Positions 26,351 to 37,269 of a DNA stretch of 64,000 bases are shown here, one piece after another. The notes under the pieces were generated by a model that made no database searches, was not told the DNA's origin, and saw only the letters and a list, made by a program, of their open reading frames with translations. The position numbers and the translations under genes are program-made. This stretch comes from Takakia lepidozioides (Eukaryota > Plantae > Bryophyta): assembly GCA_030704615.1 (NCBI GenBank), contig CM060733.1, positions 248,001 to 312,000 of the forward strand, given 5' to 3'. The stretch's first letter is position 1; every line of letters starts with the position of its first letter.

Positions 26351-26900
26351 CCGCTGCACGACACTCAAATTTCGTAAATCACCGAGTTTTTTCAAGACCA
26401 GAGTTTGCTTGGTGTACCCTCTCGATCTGGGAAGAGCTCCTCTGCCGCAGAGGAGCAGCGGCAAAACTCCCGCCTTGAGTTGCGAACCCCTAAACCGGGT
26501 GGTTCCCTTCTTTGTTCCCCAATTTTCGAAGAATATTAAAACGTATTATGTACATGTGGCCTAAGGTCTTAGGGCCTGAGGTCAAGTGGCCTAGGGTCTT
26601 AGGGCCTGAGATCATGTGCCCTAGGATGAGGATCCTAGGGCTTGAGGTCCCTCGGTATGAGGCTTGAGGTCCCACGGTCACATGGCTTGAAGTTTTTCTA
26701 TGACTGCCCATCCCTTATATTTTTTCAGATAAGATATACGTATTTTGAAAATATATAGAAAATACATTATACATCTTGAGGTTGAGCCTCAAGCTCAAAG
26801 CCTACAGTATCTTTACCTATGTTTCTAGAATATTCCACTCAAGTCCCAAGGCCTGCGGGCCCAACCATGATAGCTGTTTTGGAATTCCATAGCCGGCAAC

Positions 26901-28334
26901 CCTCGGCACTATATCCCAAGCCCTTTCAGGATAGTGCCACGGGCCCGGGCTCCCCTCCTCATCCCGGCCTGGCTTGTTCCTGGCTCCCTGCCACGTCCGC
27001 TCCTCTTGCTCCCTGCCCTGCCTTCTAGCTAGCTCCCTGCCACGTCGCAAAGTAGCTAGATTAGATCTAGATGTCAAACCAGATACCGTAATCACAACTT
27101 CCCTAAACGTCCAAGCGACCCGAATAGAATCGGGTTGCTGGAGGTTTTCGGGGCCCACAACTTTTGCAGATCTTGGCCATTTTCGGTGAAATCGGGGCCA
27201 TCTTGAGGGCCCAGAAGTTGGCTATCACTTTGGCCAGTGAAGTTGGCTAAGTTGGCCAACTTAGCCAGAAGTTGGCCATTTACAGATCCTGTAGATCCCC
27301 TGGGGGCAGTGAGTGGGATGTTTGCCCAAAAAATGGGCCCCACATTCAACGGTGGCAATTTTGCCGATCTTGGGTGATTGCCTCCAGAGTTTGCACATGT
27401 CTTGGTGTGGTAGGTGAGCACATAATGTGCGGTGAAAATTTTAAATTTCTCATTTTCCAGCGAGTTCATGCGATTTTTCACTGCAGGGGTGGATTTTTTG
27501 GGAAAAATCAACGACCCCCCTTGGACGTTTAGGGGGCAGAGCCCACGAGGAAAAATGATAAGCAGTTTCTGCATCTAGTTGTTGGGTGAAGCAAAGTCTG
27601 CTGCAAGCAAATTGGAGGCAATTGGAACCCAACATAGTTGCAACCCATCAAGGTCAAGTTGTACATGGCCTTGGGAGTCAGCCCTCGGGATCAAGCTTGT
27701 CAAATAAGGTATTCGACGAGCCCGTTGAAGGTATCAATGAGATGAAAACACTGGTCAACAGAGGACGTAAGAAGGGACGGGACGGCTGGTATGATTGTGT
27801 CGATCTAATTCCTGGAGAGTGCATGTCGAATTTGCGGCCCATCACCCTTTCTCGTTCAAGTCCAGACTCTAGACTCCAGACATCTTGAACATGAGGTCAA
27901 TGGACTAACAGAGACGTCCAAATTCATAGTGCGCAGTTTCTGATGTGGGAGCTGCTGATAGCTTCACGTCCATCCCACACGTCTGACTTATCACACTCTC
28001 TGACTCGGAAAAGTAGTAAAACCCTCTAATGCTGGTCTTCCTCCAGATCTTAGTGACATATTTGTTCCCGACTAACCGGTCGAAGAAATGTAGCAACTTC
28101 GTGCTCTTGACATAACCGGTGCGTTGGCTTCCATCACTGCCTCCTTATGGGAAACTGGGACCAGACAACAGTAACCTCTAATATGCGGAGCCCGCGGGCC
28201 AGCAAGAGCGCATGGGAGCGCGTCGCAGGAGGAGTTGACGTGGCAGCGGGGCCAGCCAGCAGCCCAGCCCGGGCATGAGGACGGAGCCTGGCCCGCGGCA
28301 CTATCCTGCAAGGGCTTGGGACATAGTGCCGAGG
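26901..28334. mobile_element. Non-autonomous Mutator-like (MULE) element, ~110-bp TIRs, ~9-bp TSD
   Basis: CCTCGGCACTATATCCCAAGCCCTTTCAGGATAGTGCC... at 26901 mirrors ...GGCACTATCCTGCAAGGGCTTGGGACATAGTGCCGAGG ending at 28334. Flanks are GCCGGCAAC (26892-26900) and ACCGGCAAC (28335-28343). Confidence 0.85.
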
Positions 28335-28748
28335 ACCGGCAACCCCATCAAACTACCCTGCACACAGGTCGTTTTTGCTGACGTGCCTTGCTACGGAGGG
28401 CCCACTTGGCACACAGGGCCTTAGCCTCACACCATAAATGCAAGACTTCGTGCTTTTTAGTCTCTCGAGTAGGTACCAGCCGGGGTTAGCTGCACAGTAT
28501 CCTGCACCAAAGTACGGGCTGGGGGTGTGGATAGGAGGCCCGGGGGCTCCTTTGCCGTTGCAGGGGCATTTAGGGACCCCCGGTGGAGATGCTCTTAGGG
28601 CCTTACCACATGAGCGGTCGGTGAGCTCCAGTGACATGGAAGTCCCTGGCTAGGATTGTAGCATAGTGATGTTATGGAGAGTAAGCCCATGTCAGTTAAA
28701 ACAAAACAACGCTACCACATGACCAGCAGTCAGGCACGGGAACAGATA

Positions 28749-29139
28749 CCGTAGAGTCCTTCGAAGTCCGACTTTTATTAATTCTTTTTTTATTTTATTT
28801 TTTAATCAAAAGGGGACGGAGGCCCTTTAAAATTCATATTAATAGAGGTGTCTTGGAAAAAATAACCAAGACAGATGGCCATAAGGCTTACATCGCAGCG
28901 ATTGGAGCACCCAATTTTGTTTATCTGAATTATTCAGAAAAGTAATGACCTCAATAAAGAATTCCGCGTTAGGGTTATCTTCTAGAGGATATACCCTAAT
29001 TACCTCCCTAGAGATAATTTAAATGTGTGTGACCAACTTGTTCAAAAATTGTAAAAATCTAAATTTAGGTGCTGGACCTACTTTCTCTGGAGTAATTAAA
29101 CATTCGGCAGCAATGCGCCGACATCGAAGGACTCTACGG
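28749..29139. mobile_element. Tc1/mariner-type MITE with TA target duplication
   Basis: TA|CCGTAGAGTCCTTCGAAGTC ... GACATCGAAGGACTCTACGG|TA gives a 19/20 TIR match, 391 bp, with an AT-rich interior. Confidence 0.85.
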
Positions 29140-29566
29140 TAGTTGAGAAGCAAAAGTGAATGACTCAGATGAGCTCCACGGCGGAAAAGAGCAAATCACG
29201 ACAAAGAAGTTCGTTGACATTTTGGATTTCCAGGCAATAGTCCTTGGAAATCCTACTTTCGCGGAAAGGCTCCACATAAGCGCCACGTCACATTGCCTTC
29301 TCATTGTCGTTCCTCCGTGTGGTAGATGAGGGTGTCAGTTTACAAGCCATCAACCAATCAGTAGCTTGCGTTTGTTTCCACTGCCACTCATGTGGTAGCG
29401 CCATACGTTTTATAATAACTTAGATGATTAACATTTTGACTCTGAGAGAGAATGGCATCTCACACTCATATATCCCTCCATATCTCATTGTAATTTTATT
29501 GCTCCAATTAAAAGCTCACTAAGCCATAATGTTAGGGTAGTAGTTGCGGAGCAGTTAGCTACCTAG

Positions 29567-30292
29567 TGTCGCACACCTCAATTCGGTAAACTCCCCTTCA
29601 AGTCATAGTTACTCGCTTTGATGCGCGCGCCTGACTCCCAACCTGGCCGCCGGGCCAACTTGGAGTTTCGGCTGCTCACCGGGACATAACGGTCCCCTTC
29701 CGCTTCCCTCTAAACCCTCCACCTATTTGGGACTAGGAGAATTCCCTTTGGTAGATGGCAGTCCGGAACAGCTCCCCACTCTTTGGTCGCTTTCCGGCTC
29801 GCTCGCTTACTCACTAGTTTTTGGTCACCAACGGGCTTGCACCGTTCTCGGGGTTACTACTCCCTATATATACTTCTGTAGCTGTCCGCGGGGGTTTCAT
29901 AACCAGCCATGCCATTTTATGGCGAACCACCACGAAAACCCTCGACTCCCGGTGGTGAGTCGCGGTGAGTCTTGGCCCACTCACCGCGGCCCCAATGGAC
30001 CGTGATGAGTCCCAAGACTCCCCACGACTCCCACCTCGAGGTCTCCACCCCATGGTGAGTCCTATGCCACCCCCCACTAAGTCCCACTAAGCTACCACCA
30101 CCCCTTGTGGAGCCACCTCCACCGCAACCCGGTGTGCGGGGCTCCACCTAGTGAGCGCCTCCGCCTCCTTGGGTGCCTTGGGCACTTAAGGGTGCTTCAG
30201 CCCCCCATACCTATCGCTGCCGCTGCCCCCACCACAGGGGCAGCCCCTCATGTGTCCCGACCCCCCTGCTCTCAAGGCAAAGGGCCGCGACA
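29567..30292 (-). repeat. 3' LTR (726 bp)
   Basis: TGTCGCACAC...GGCCGCGACA. By eye it is identical to the other LTR except for one extra C in a C-run near 30070. Confidence 0.95.
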
Positions 30293-31196
30293 CACACCCT
30301 ACCAACAGGGAGTCGATGTCCTCATCGACTTGTCCATTTTGTAGAAACGAACATCCAAGTTGTGGCGTCCCACATCAAGGAGTTTGTTTCCGTACCATGG
30401 CGTCCCATGGCAAAGAACCAAACCCCACACTTGACTCCACTCTCCACTAGCTAGTTCGGCCGACTTCCTCCAAGTCCCGGCCAAGGGTGGAGCCTCTCCA
30501 GCTCCTCCCAGTGCACTCTTCTTGGCCTACTTCAAGGCCAAGGAACGATCCTCCCCGAGGATCGAATCGCCTTACTGCAACAACATTGCTTGCGATCGCT
30601 CATGATGCCGCTTTTGGCATCACCTTGAGCAAGGGTTCACCTGGAACCCTCTTTGACTAGGAAGATAACCTTGAACCAACCGTGCGCCCCAATCACTACA
30701 ATTGGGTCCGCCTTGGAATGCTGGCCTGAGGTACGGGAACACGCCGAAGCCGCACTACGACTTCGTCCCGAGGCTACACGATTATAGTACGTGAACGGAA
30801 GCACGTAGCTTCCGCGTTAGCCCGCACTACAAGGCAACCCCCTCGGTAGCGCAGTTATAGTACGCGCACGCGCCAGGTGCGCACTAGCACTTGAACTCCC
30901 AAATAAGGCGCAAGTTTCCTTGCCCCTTGGATGGGAGTCACCCGATTTCGGCACTGCGCAAACACACGATTAACCCAATTTACCTCTCCCACTTTTGTAA
31001 GCTAGCATGCATTCTACACACCAGCCAACCACACCATGCATCGCCATTCCAAACACAATAGGACGCACAATATTTGGAACCCATTTCCTTTATCACAAAT
31101 TTTTGTACAATACAAGTTTTGCAATCGGATTCCTGAGCTAGCTAAACCGGGCTAAGCATGCATTTCCTCCCCCACGCTCCAAGGTTGATGTCCCCA

Positions 31197-34100
31197 TCAA
31201 CGCTTCTTCCGCTTTTGAGGTCGCCCTTCGAACGCTGCAACTGCCTCGGATGCGTTTCCCATTTCTGAGGCACGCACCCAAGATGCCTCCACAAGATGAT
31301 AGCCCTTCCATTTGACGAGATACTCCGTTTCTCGGTTCTTGAACCTCCTCGACTTAAGTATTGCCTCCACCTCGTACTCGGGTTCATTTTCATGATCCAA
31401 CAACATAGGTGGCGGACGCAACACTTGCTGCCGATTCGGACGTGCTTCATCTTTGAAGTAAGGCTTCAAAAGGGAGACATGGAATACTGGGTGCACCTTG
31501 CTGTTTGCTGGCAGCTCCAATTCATACACATCCTCATTCATAACCCTCCGAATGCGAAAGGGACCCGCATACGGAGGTACGAACTTCGGACTCATTTCCG
31601 GAGGTAGTCGAAAATTCTTGATGTTCAACCAGACCTCTGTGCCTGCCTCAAACTTCACTTCCCTCCGCTTCCGATTCGCCTGCCTTTCATACCGTTTCCT
31701 AGCTTTGGCAATGTTGTACTTTGCGAGCTTCAACAAACGCTCGCGTTCTTCCAGTACCGCCGCTACTGCCGGTTCCTCAACGTCCTGGGCGGCCCAACTT
31801 GTCGGCACCAGAGGTGCTTTTCCATAGACCAACACAAAAGGGGAAACTCCCGTCGCGGAGTGTTCTGTGTTATTATAACAGAACTCTGCCGCGTCTAAGT
31901 GTTCCATCCAGTCTGATTGGTCTGCCGACACGTAATTCCGCAAGAATTGCTTCACTACGGAATTCACTATTTCCGTTTGGCCGTCCGTCGTAGGTCGGAA
32001 GGCGGTGCTCATCTTCAGCCTCGTCCCCATCTTCTTCCAAAGTGCTCTCCAGAATTTACTCGTAAACTTTGGATCGCGGTCCGAGACAATATCCTTCGGG
32101 ACTCCATGATGCTTTAAGACGTGGGCGAAGTAAAGTCGCCCTGTCTCCTGCGCAGTCGCCGTCTCCTTGGTGGGGATGAAATGGGCCATTTTACTGAACC
32201 TATCTACCACCACCATGATTGCATCGAATCCTTTTGACAGCGGCATAGCAGTCATGAAATCCATCGAGACGCTTTCCCAAGTCCCCTCTGGAATCGGCAA
32301 GGGTTGTAACAGCCCCGCTTGCTTTTTATACTCGCTCCGGTTTTGTTGGCATGTGGTGCATGTCTTAACATACTCCTCTGCCTCCTCCCTCAGTTTGGGC
32401 CAGAAATACTCTTTCTTCAAGAGTGCCGCAGTGCGCTTGGCTCCACCGTGGCCCGCAAGCGGGCTATCATGGCATTCTCTCAAGAGACTATCCCTGATCC
32501 CTCCCTTTGGCACATAGAGACGTTTTTGCTTATACCGGAGCAGTCCGTTTTGCAAGTGGAACTGCGATTTAACCCCCATTCTTAAGTTCTGCATCACGCA
32601 CTTTGCCAGCTCATCCTTCCGGCAAGCCTTCCGGATCTTCCTTTGGAGCGCCGTCTCGCCCTTGTACACCAACAAGAGCTGCTGCTTTCTACTTAAAGCA
32701 TCGGCCACCACATTGTCCCGTCCCGGTTTGTACTGGATATCCACGTCGAACACTGCCAAAGTATCTTGCCACCTAAGTTGTTTTGGGGACAACTTGGGCT
32801 GCGTGGCAAAATACTTCACCGTGACATTGTCCGTGAACACCTTCACTGGGTTGGAACCAACATAGTGGCGCCAGAGTTCAAGGCAATGTACCACCGCCTT
32901 CATCTCTTTTTCGTGCGTCGGCCACCGTCGCTCCACTTCATTCAGTTTCTTACTTTCGTAAGCCACTGGACGTCCATCTTGCATAAGTACACCCCCAATT
33001 GCGAAGTCCGATGCATCTGTATGAATCTCAAACGGACGATCGAACTCCGGGATTTTTAAGACTGGAGCTTCCGTCATCCGCTGCTTCAATTCAGCAAAAG
33101 CTTGGCCACAAAATGTGTTCCATACCCAGACTTTGGATTTACACAGAAGGTCCGACAGCGGCCCCGCGATCTTGGCGAAATTTCTCACATACTTCCGGTA
33201 ATAGGAGGCGAGCCTAGGAAGGATCGCACTCCCGGGACCGAAGTCGGAGGCTCCCAGTCCAAGATCGCCCTCACCTTTCTGTCATCCATTTTGATCCCAT
33301 CCTGTGTAATCACGTGCCCCAAGAACTCCACTTTTGTGACCCCGAATTCGCACTTTGAAGCTTTGGCATACAGCTTCCCTTCTCGCAATTTTTGGAACAC
33401 CCTTTTGAGGTGCTCCAGGTGCTCCTCCTTTGTTTTCGAGTACACCAAGATGTCGTCGATGTACACGATCACAAAGTCATCCAACCACTCCTGGAAAAGG
33501 CTGTTCATCAGCGTGCTAAATGTCGCTGGTGCATTGGTGAGCCCAAAAGGCATCACCAAGAACTCATATGAACCATACCTTGTCCTGCACGCGGTCTTCT
33601 CCTCATCTCCTTCCGCCACCCGAATTTGGTGATAGCCGGAGCGCAAGTCGATCCGGCTGAAATACTTCGCTCCTGCCAACCGATCGAAAAGGTCGTCGAT
33701 CCTTGGCAAAGGGTACCGGTTTTTGATAGTCACCTTATTCAGAGCCCTGTAATCGACACACATCCGCAGCGTCCCATCCTTCTTGTCTGCAAATAGCACC
33801 GGGGCTCCGTAAGGTGACTTACTCGGCCGGATGTACCCCTTTGACATTAGATCTTTGAGCTGAGTCTTCAGCTCGACCAACTCTTTGTGGCTCAACCGGT
33901 AGGGCGCCTTGGCAGGCGGTTCCGTTCCCGGTATCACCTCAATTTTGTGGTCAACTCCTCTTCGCGGTGGCAAGCCGCTTGGTAAATCCTCCGGCATCAC
34001 ATCCTGGTATTTCTCCAAAATCCCCTTGATCCAATCTGGGCTCGGCTCCCCATCGCCTTCTCCTTTCACTTCTCTAATGTAAAGCAAAAACTGGGACTCG

Positions 34101-35759
34101 TGTGTCTCCTCCACGGCCCACTCCTTTGCTGATAGAAGGTTTATTCGCCCTCCCACGGATTTGGGCGTTTCCGACACTCGTAAAACCTCGCCACCATTCC
34201 CACATGGCAGCGTGACTACTCTCTTGCGGCCATCTATGACCGCTCCGGATTTGCTCAAAAAGGTCATTCCCAAAATGAGATCCACTCCATCGATCTCGCA
34301 GATAGTGAAGTTCTCACGTCCCTCCCAACTCCCCAGTTGAAGAGGAACATCAAACGCCAACCTTGTCGCCAACTGAGGTTCTCCTTTGGCAGAGCGCACC
34401 TCAATAGAGGCCCCCACGTCACTTGTCGGGAGTCCCAACTTTCGCGCCGCCGCCGGCGTCATGAAGGAGTGCGACGCTCCTGTGTCCACCAACAACGACA
34501 CATTAGTTCCGGATATTATCCCCTCCACGAACAATAACTGACTCCCTTTTCGTAAGGCGCCAGTTTCCTGATACAACTCACAAGAAAATTTGCCTACCTT
34601 GCAAGTCCTGGCGACCACCGCTTCCACCAAGCGACTGATGGTATCTTCCGACAGCTCCGTGGTCGCCCGAGTCATGTTCAATTGCCGGGGCTTCGTGCAC
34701 TTCTTGGCCATGTGCCCGGGCTCCCCGCAATTGAAACACACTCCATCAAAGGTCGCCTTCTGTCCGCCATAAGTCGCTCCACCCGCTTTTCCTTTCGAAG
34801 CACCGGGTGCCGCCTTGACGTGTGAAGGACCTCCCTTCGATTTCCACGTGCCATTTTCGCCGCGTGGCCTATCCCACTTCTTTTCCGGTCGGGAGGAGTC
34901 ACCTTCCCGCCGGGTCTTCTTGTGGTTCAGCTCCGTACGGCCTTGTCTCTCACCCCTAGGGACATCCGAGAAACATTCAGCTCTCTCAATTGCCTCGTTC
35001 AAAGTCTTGGGTGGCTTCTCCTCCAACTTCCGCCTAGCCCATGGGGCCAGTCCCGCCACAAAGTTGAAGACCATTTCTGGTTCTGCCATGTCCGCGACTT
35101 CGAGCAACAGCACATTGAAAGCCTGGACATACCCCCGAATGTCATCTGTTTGCTTCAAATTCCTCATCTTGTCCCGGGCAAGCCAGGATGCGTTGAGGGG
35201 CACAAACTGTCTCTTCATCAATTCCTTGAACTCACTCCAGTTCAAGGTTTCCGGGCTTGGGCCTCGGTCGTGAAGGCGTTTCTGCCACCATTGTTGAGCA
35301 TAGCCCCTCAAATAGGTGGGAGCCACTTCCACCTGATCCTCGTCACTCAACTTGGCCGCCCGGAAGTACTGCTCTAGCTCCAGGAGCCAGGTGTTGAGTG
35401 CCTTCCGGTTTCGAACGCCCTCGAAGGTGCCGGGTTCCTTAGGCTTCACCTTAAACTTTGCCTTGGTGGGAGTGGCATTAGCCGCCTTCAACACGTCTTT
35501 CAACGTCCCGCCAAACTGCGCCAACAACCCTTCCCAAAAGGCTGCCGGCATGGGAGGCATCTCTTGGTTTGTCGGAGCTCTCAAAGATTCCTCGGGCTCC
35601 GACTCCTCGGATTCCTCCCGCTCCTGAGCGGCCTCGTTTTCGGAAACATTAATCGCTTCCTCAAACGGCCGCCTCGGTGACACGTCGCCCCCATCGGGCT
35701 CACCGGGATCATCATCTTTTGGGCCGTTCCGCTTTCGCTTCGGCTTGCCCGACCCCATG
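31197..35759 (-). CDS. Gag-Pol polyprotein, split by a 1-nt frameshift at ~33212
   Basis: [14 protein letters not shown] zinc knuckle, [10 protein letters not shown] protease, [17 protein letters not shown] RNase H, HHCC/DDE integrase with a GPF motif, and the chromodomain EYEVEAIL...YLVKWKGY...[15 protein letters not shown] restores to [17 protein letters not shown] with one added base. Confidence 0.93.
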
Positions 35760-35799
35760 ATGAGGCCAATCCCAAGGACGATCGCGTACTGAACTCTAA

Positions 35800-35811
35800 G
35801 CTCTGATACCA
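35800..35811 (-). promoter_or_regulatory. Primer-binding site complementary to tRNA-iMet
   Basis: The minus strand reads TGGTATCAGAGC 2 nt inside the 5' LTR boundary. Confidence 0.92.
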
Positions 35812-35813
35812 AG

Positions 35814-36538
35814 TGTCGCACACCTCAATTCGGTAAACTCCCCTTCAAGTCATAGTTACTCGCTTTGATGCGCGCGCCTGACTCCCAACCTGGCCGCCGG
35901 GCCAACTTGGAGTTTCGGCTGCTCACCGGGACATAACGGTCCCCTTCCGCTTCCCTCTAAACCCTCCACCTATTTGGGACTAGGAGAATTCCCTTTGGTA
36001 GATGGCAGTCCGGAACAGCTCCCCACTCTTTGGTCGCTTTCCGGCTCGCTCGCTTACTCACTAGTTTTTGGTCACCAACGGGCTTGCACCGTTCTCGGGG
36101 TTACTACTCCCTATATATACTTCTGTAGCTGTCCGCGGGGGTTTCATAACCAGCCATGCCATTTTATGGCGAACCACCACGAAAACCCTCGACTCCCGGT
36201 GGTGAGTCGCGGTGAGTCTTGGCCCACTCACCGCGGCCCCAATGGACCGTGATGAGTCCCAAGACTCCCCACGACTCCCACCTCGAGGTCTCCACCCCAT
36301 GGTGAGTCCTATGCCACCCCCACTAAGTCCCACTAAGCTACCACCACCCCTTGTGGAGCCACCTCCACCGCAACCCGGTGTGCGGGGCTCCACCTAGTGA
36401 GCGCCTCCGCCTCCTTGGGTGCCTTGGGCACTTAAGGGTGCTTCAGCCCCCCATACCTATCGCTGCCGCTGCCCCCACCACAGGGGCAGCCCCTCATGTG
36501 TCCCGACCCCCCTGCTCTCAAGGCAAAGGGCCGCGACA
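35814..36538 (-). repeat. 5' LTR (725 bp)
   Basis: Direct repeat of 29567-30292 at offset 6247, followed by the CCTAG TSD. Confidence 0.95.
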
Positions 36539-37269
36539 CCTAGTGGCTAGCTATTTGTTATTGGAAAGGAATCTCATGCAAAGAGGGCTCTCATTTTAAG
36601 ATAATAGCGTCTTCAATGCACCTACTATGGCCCTGCCAGTACGGCCCATGGGGTAAGCTCATAAGCCCACCGCCCATTCACCGGGTCCATCGGATTTTGA
36701 AATTTTTCTAAGTCCTTGTTCTTCTACGGCGACGGATCTTCTAACGGACTGGGCAGACCCTCCAGCGGACTGACTCCAACATTCGAGCAGACTTGCAGAC
36801 CCTCTAGCAAACGCATACAAAATATATATTTAATAACATACATTACTGCAAGAGTATCACCTAACAAGAATTGGATACCAAAATCTCATGCTTATTATTC
36901 ATTGTTCTTAACCACCAAACTATCCGCTGCTTTCTACAAATCTTCGAAATAACTAATATTTTATGTGTATGTTTTATATATTTTGTGGCCCAACAGACTG
37001 ACTTGCCGGGGAGACCCAACACATTGAATCCGACGGGTCTTCGCGACCCCCTCTGCTACATGCGGGCCCTGCCGCAAACACACGCGCGCATTGAAGACGC
37101 TAGTATCTTTCCATGAGAAGAGCAAAGAGTGGGTATTGAAGCTTTTGATCTTGTGTGTTGAAGTATGACATATTTGAAAGTGTTTCAAAATCCCTTTTAT
37201 AGCTTTGAATATTTCTTGCGTAAGCACATTTTCATTTCATCATAGCATATTCAATGGAATATTCAGAAA

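Larger units (their letters stand above)
21409..26805. mobile_element. Pack-MULE-like cassette: long diverged inverted repeats (~21409-21654 and ~26393-26805) enclosing multiple host gene fragments
   Basis: 21500-21653 (...GAGGAGCTCTTCCCAGATCGAGAGAGTACACCAAGCAAACTCTGGTCTTG) is the reverse complement of 26393-26560 with scattered mismatches. The outer ends share GTAGGCTTTGAG/CTCAAAGCCTAC. No TSD was found and there is no transposase. Confidence 0.6.
29567..36538 (-). mobile_element. Full-length Ty3/Gypsy chromovirus LTR retrotransposon (Galadriel-like by iMet PBS plus canonical chromodomain; clade is inference)
   Basis: TG...CA LTRs at 29567-30292 and 35814-36538, and a 5-bp TSD CCTAG on both sides. 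The PBS TGGTATCAGAGC lies next to the 5' (right) LTR. Domain order is gag-PR-RT-RH-IN-chromo. Confidence 0.97.

Noticed and set aside
30000-30025. Hammerhead ribozyme (retrozyme-like) core in the LTR (GTGATGAGTCCCAAGACTC)
   Set aside because: It lacks the CUGA start and the GAAA box after the stem.
33185-33230. Programmed ribosomal frameshift between the two Gypsy ORFs
   Set aside because: The break is inside the conserved FLGLASYYR motif of pol, not at the gag-pol junction, and no slippery site is evident. It is a 1-nt deletion or a sequencing error.
29727-36599. Numerous plus-strand ORFs over the Gypsy and its LTRs
   Set aside because: They are antisense shadows of gag-pol or GC-rich LTR sequence, with no independent support.
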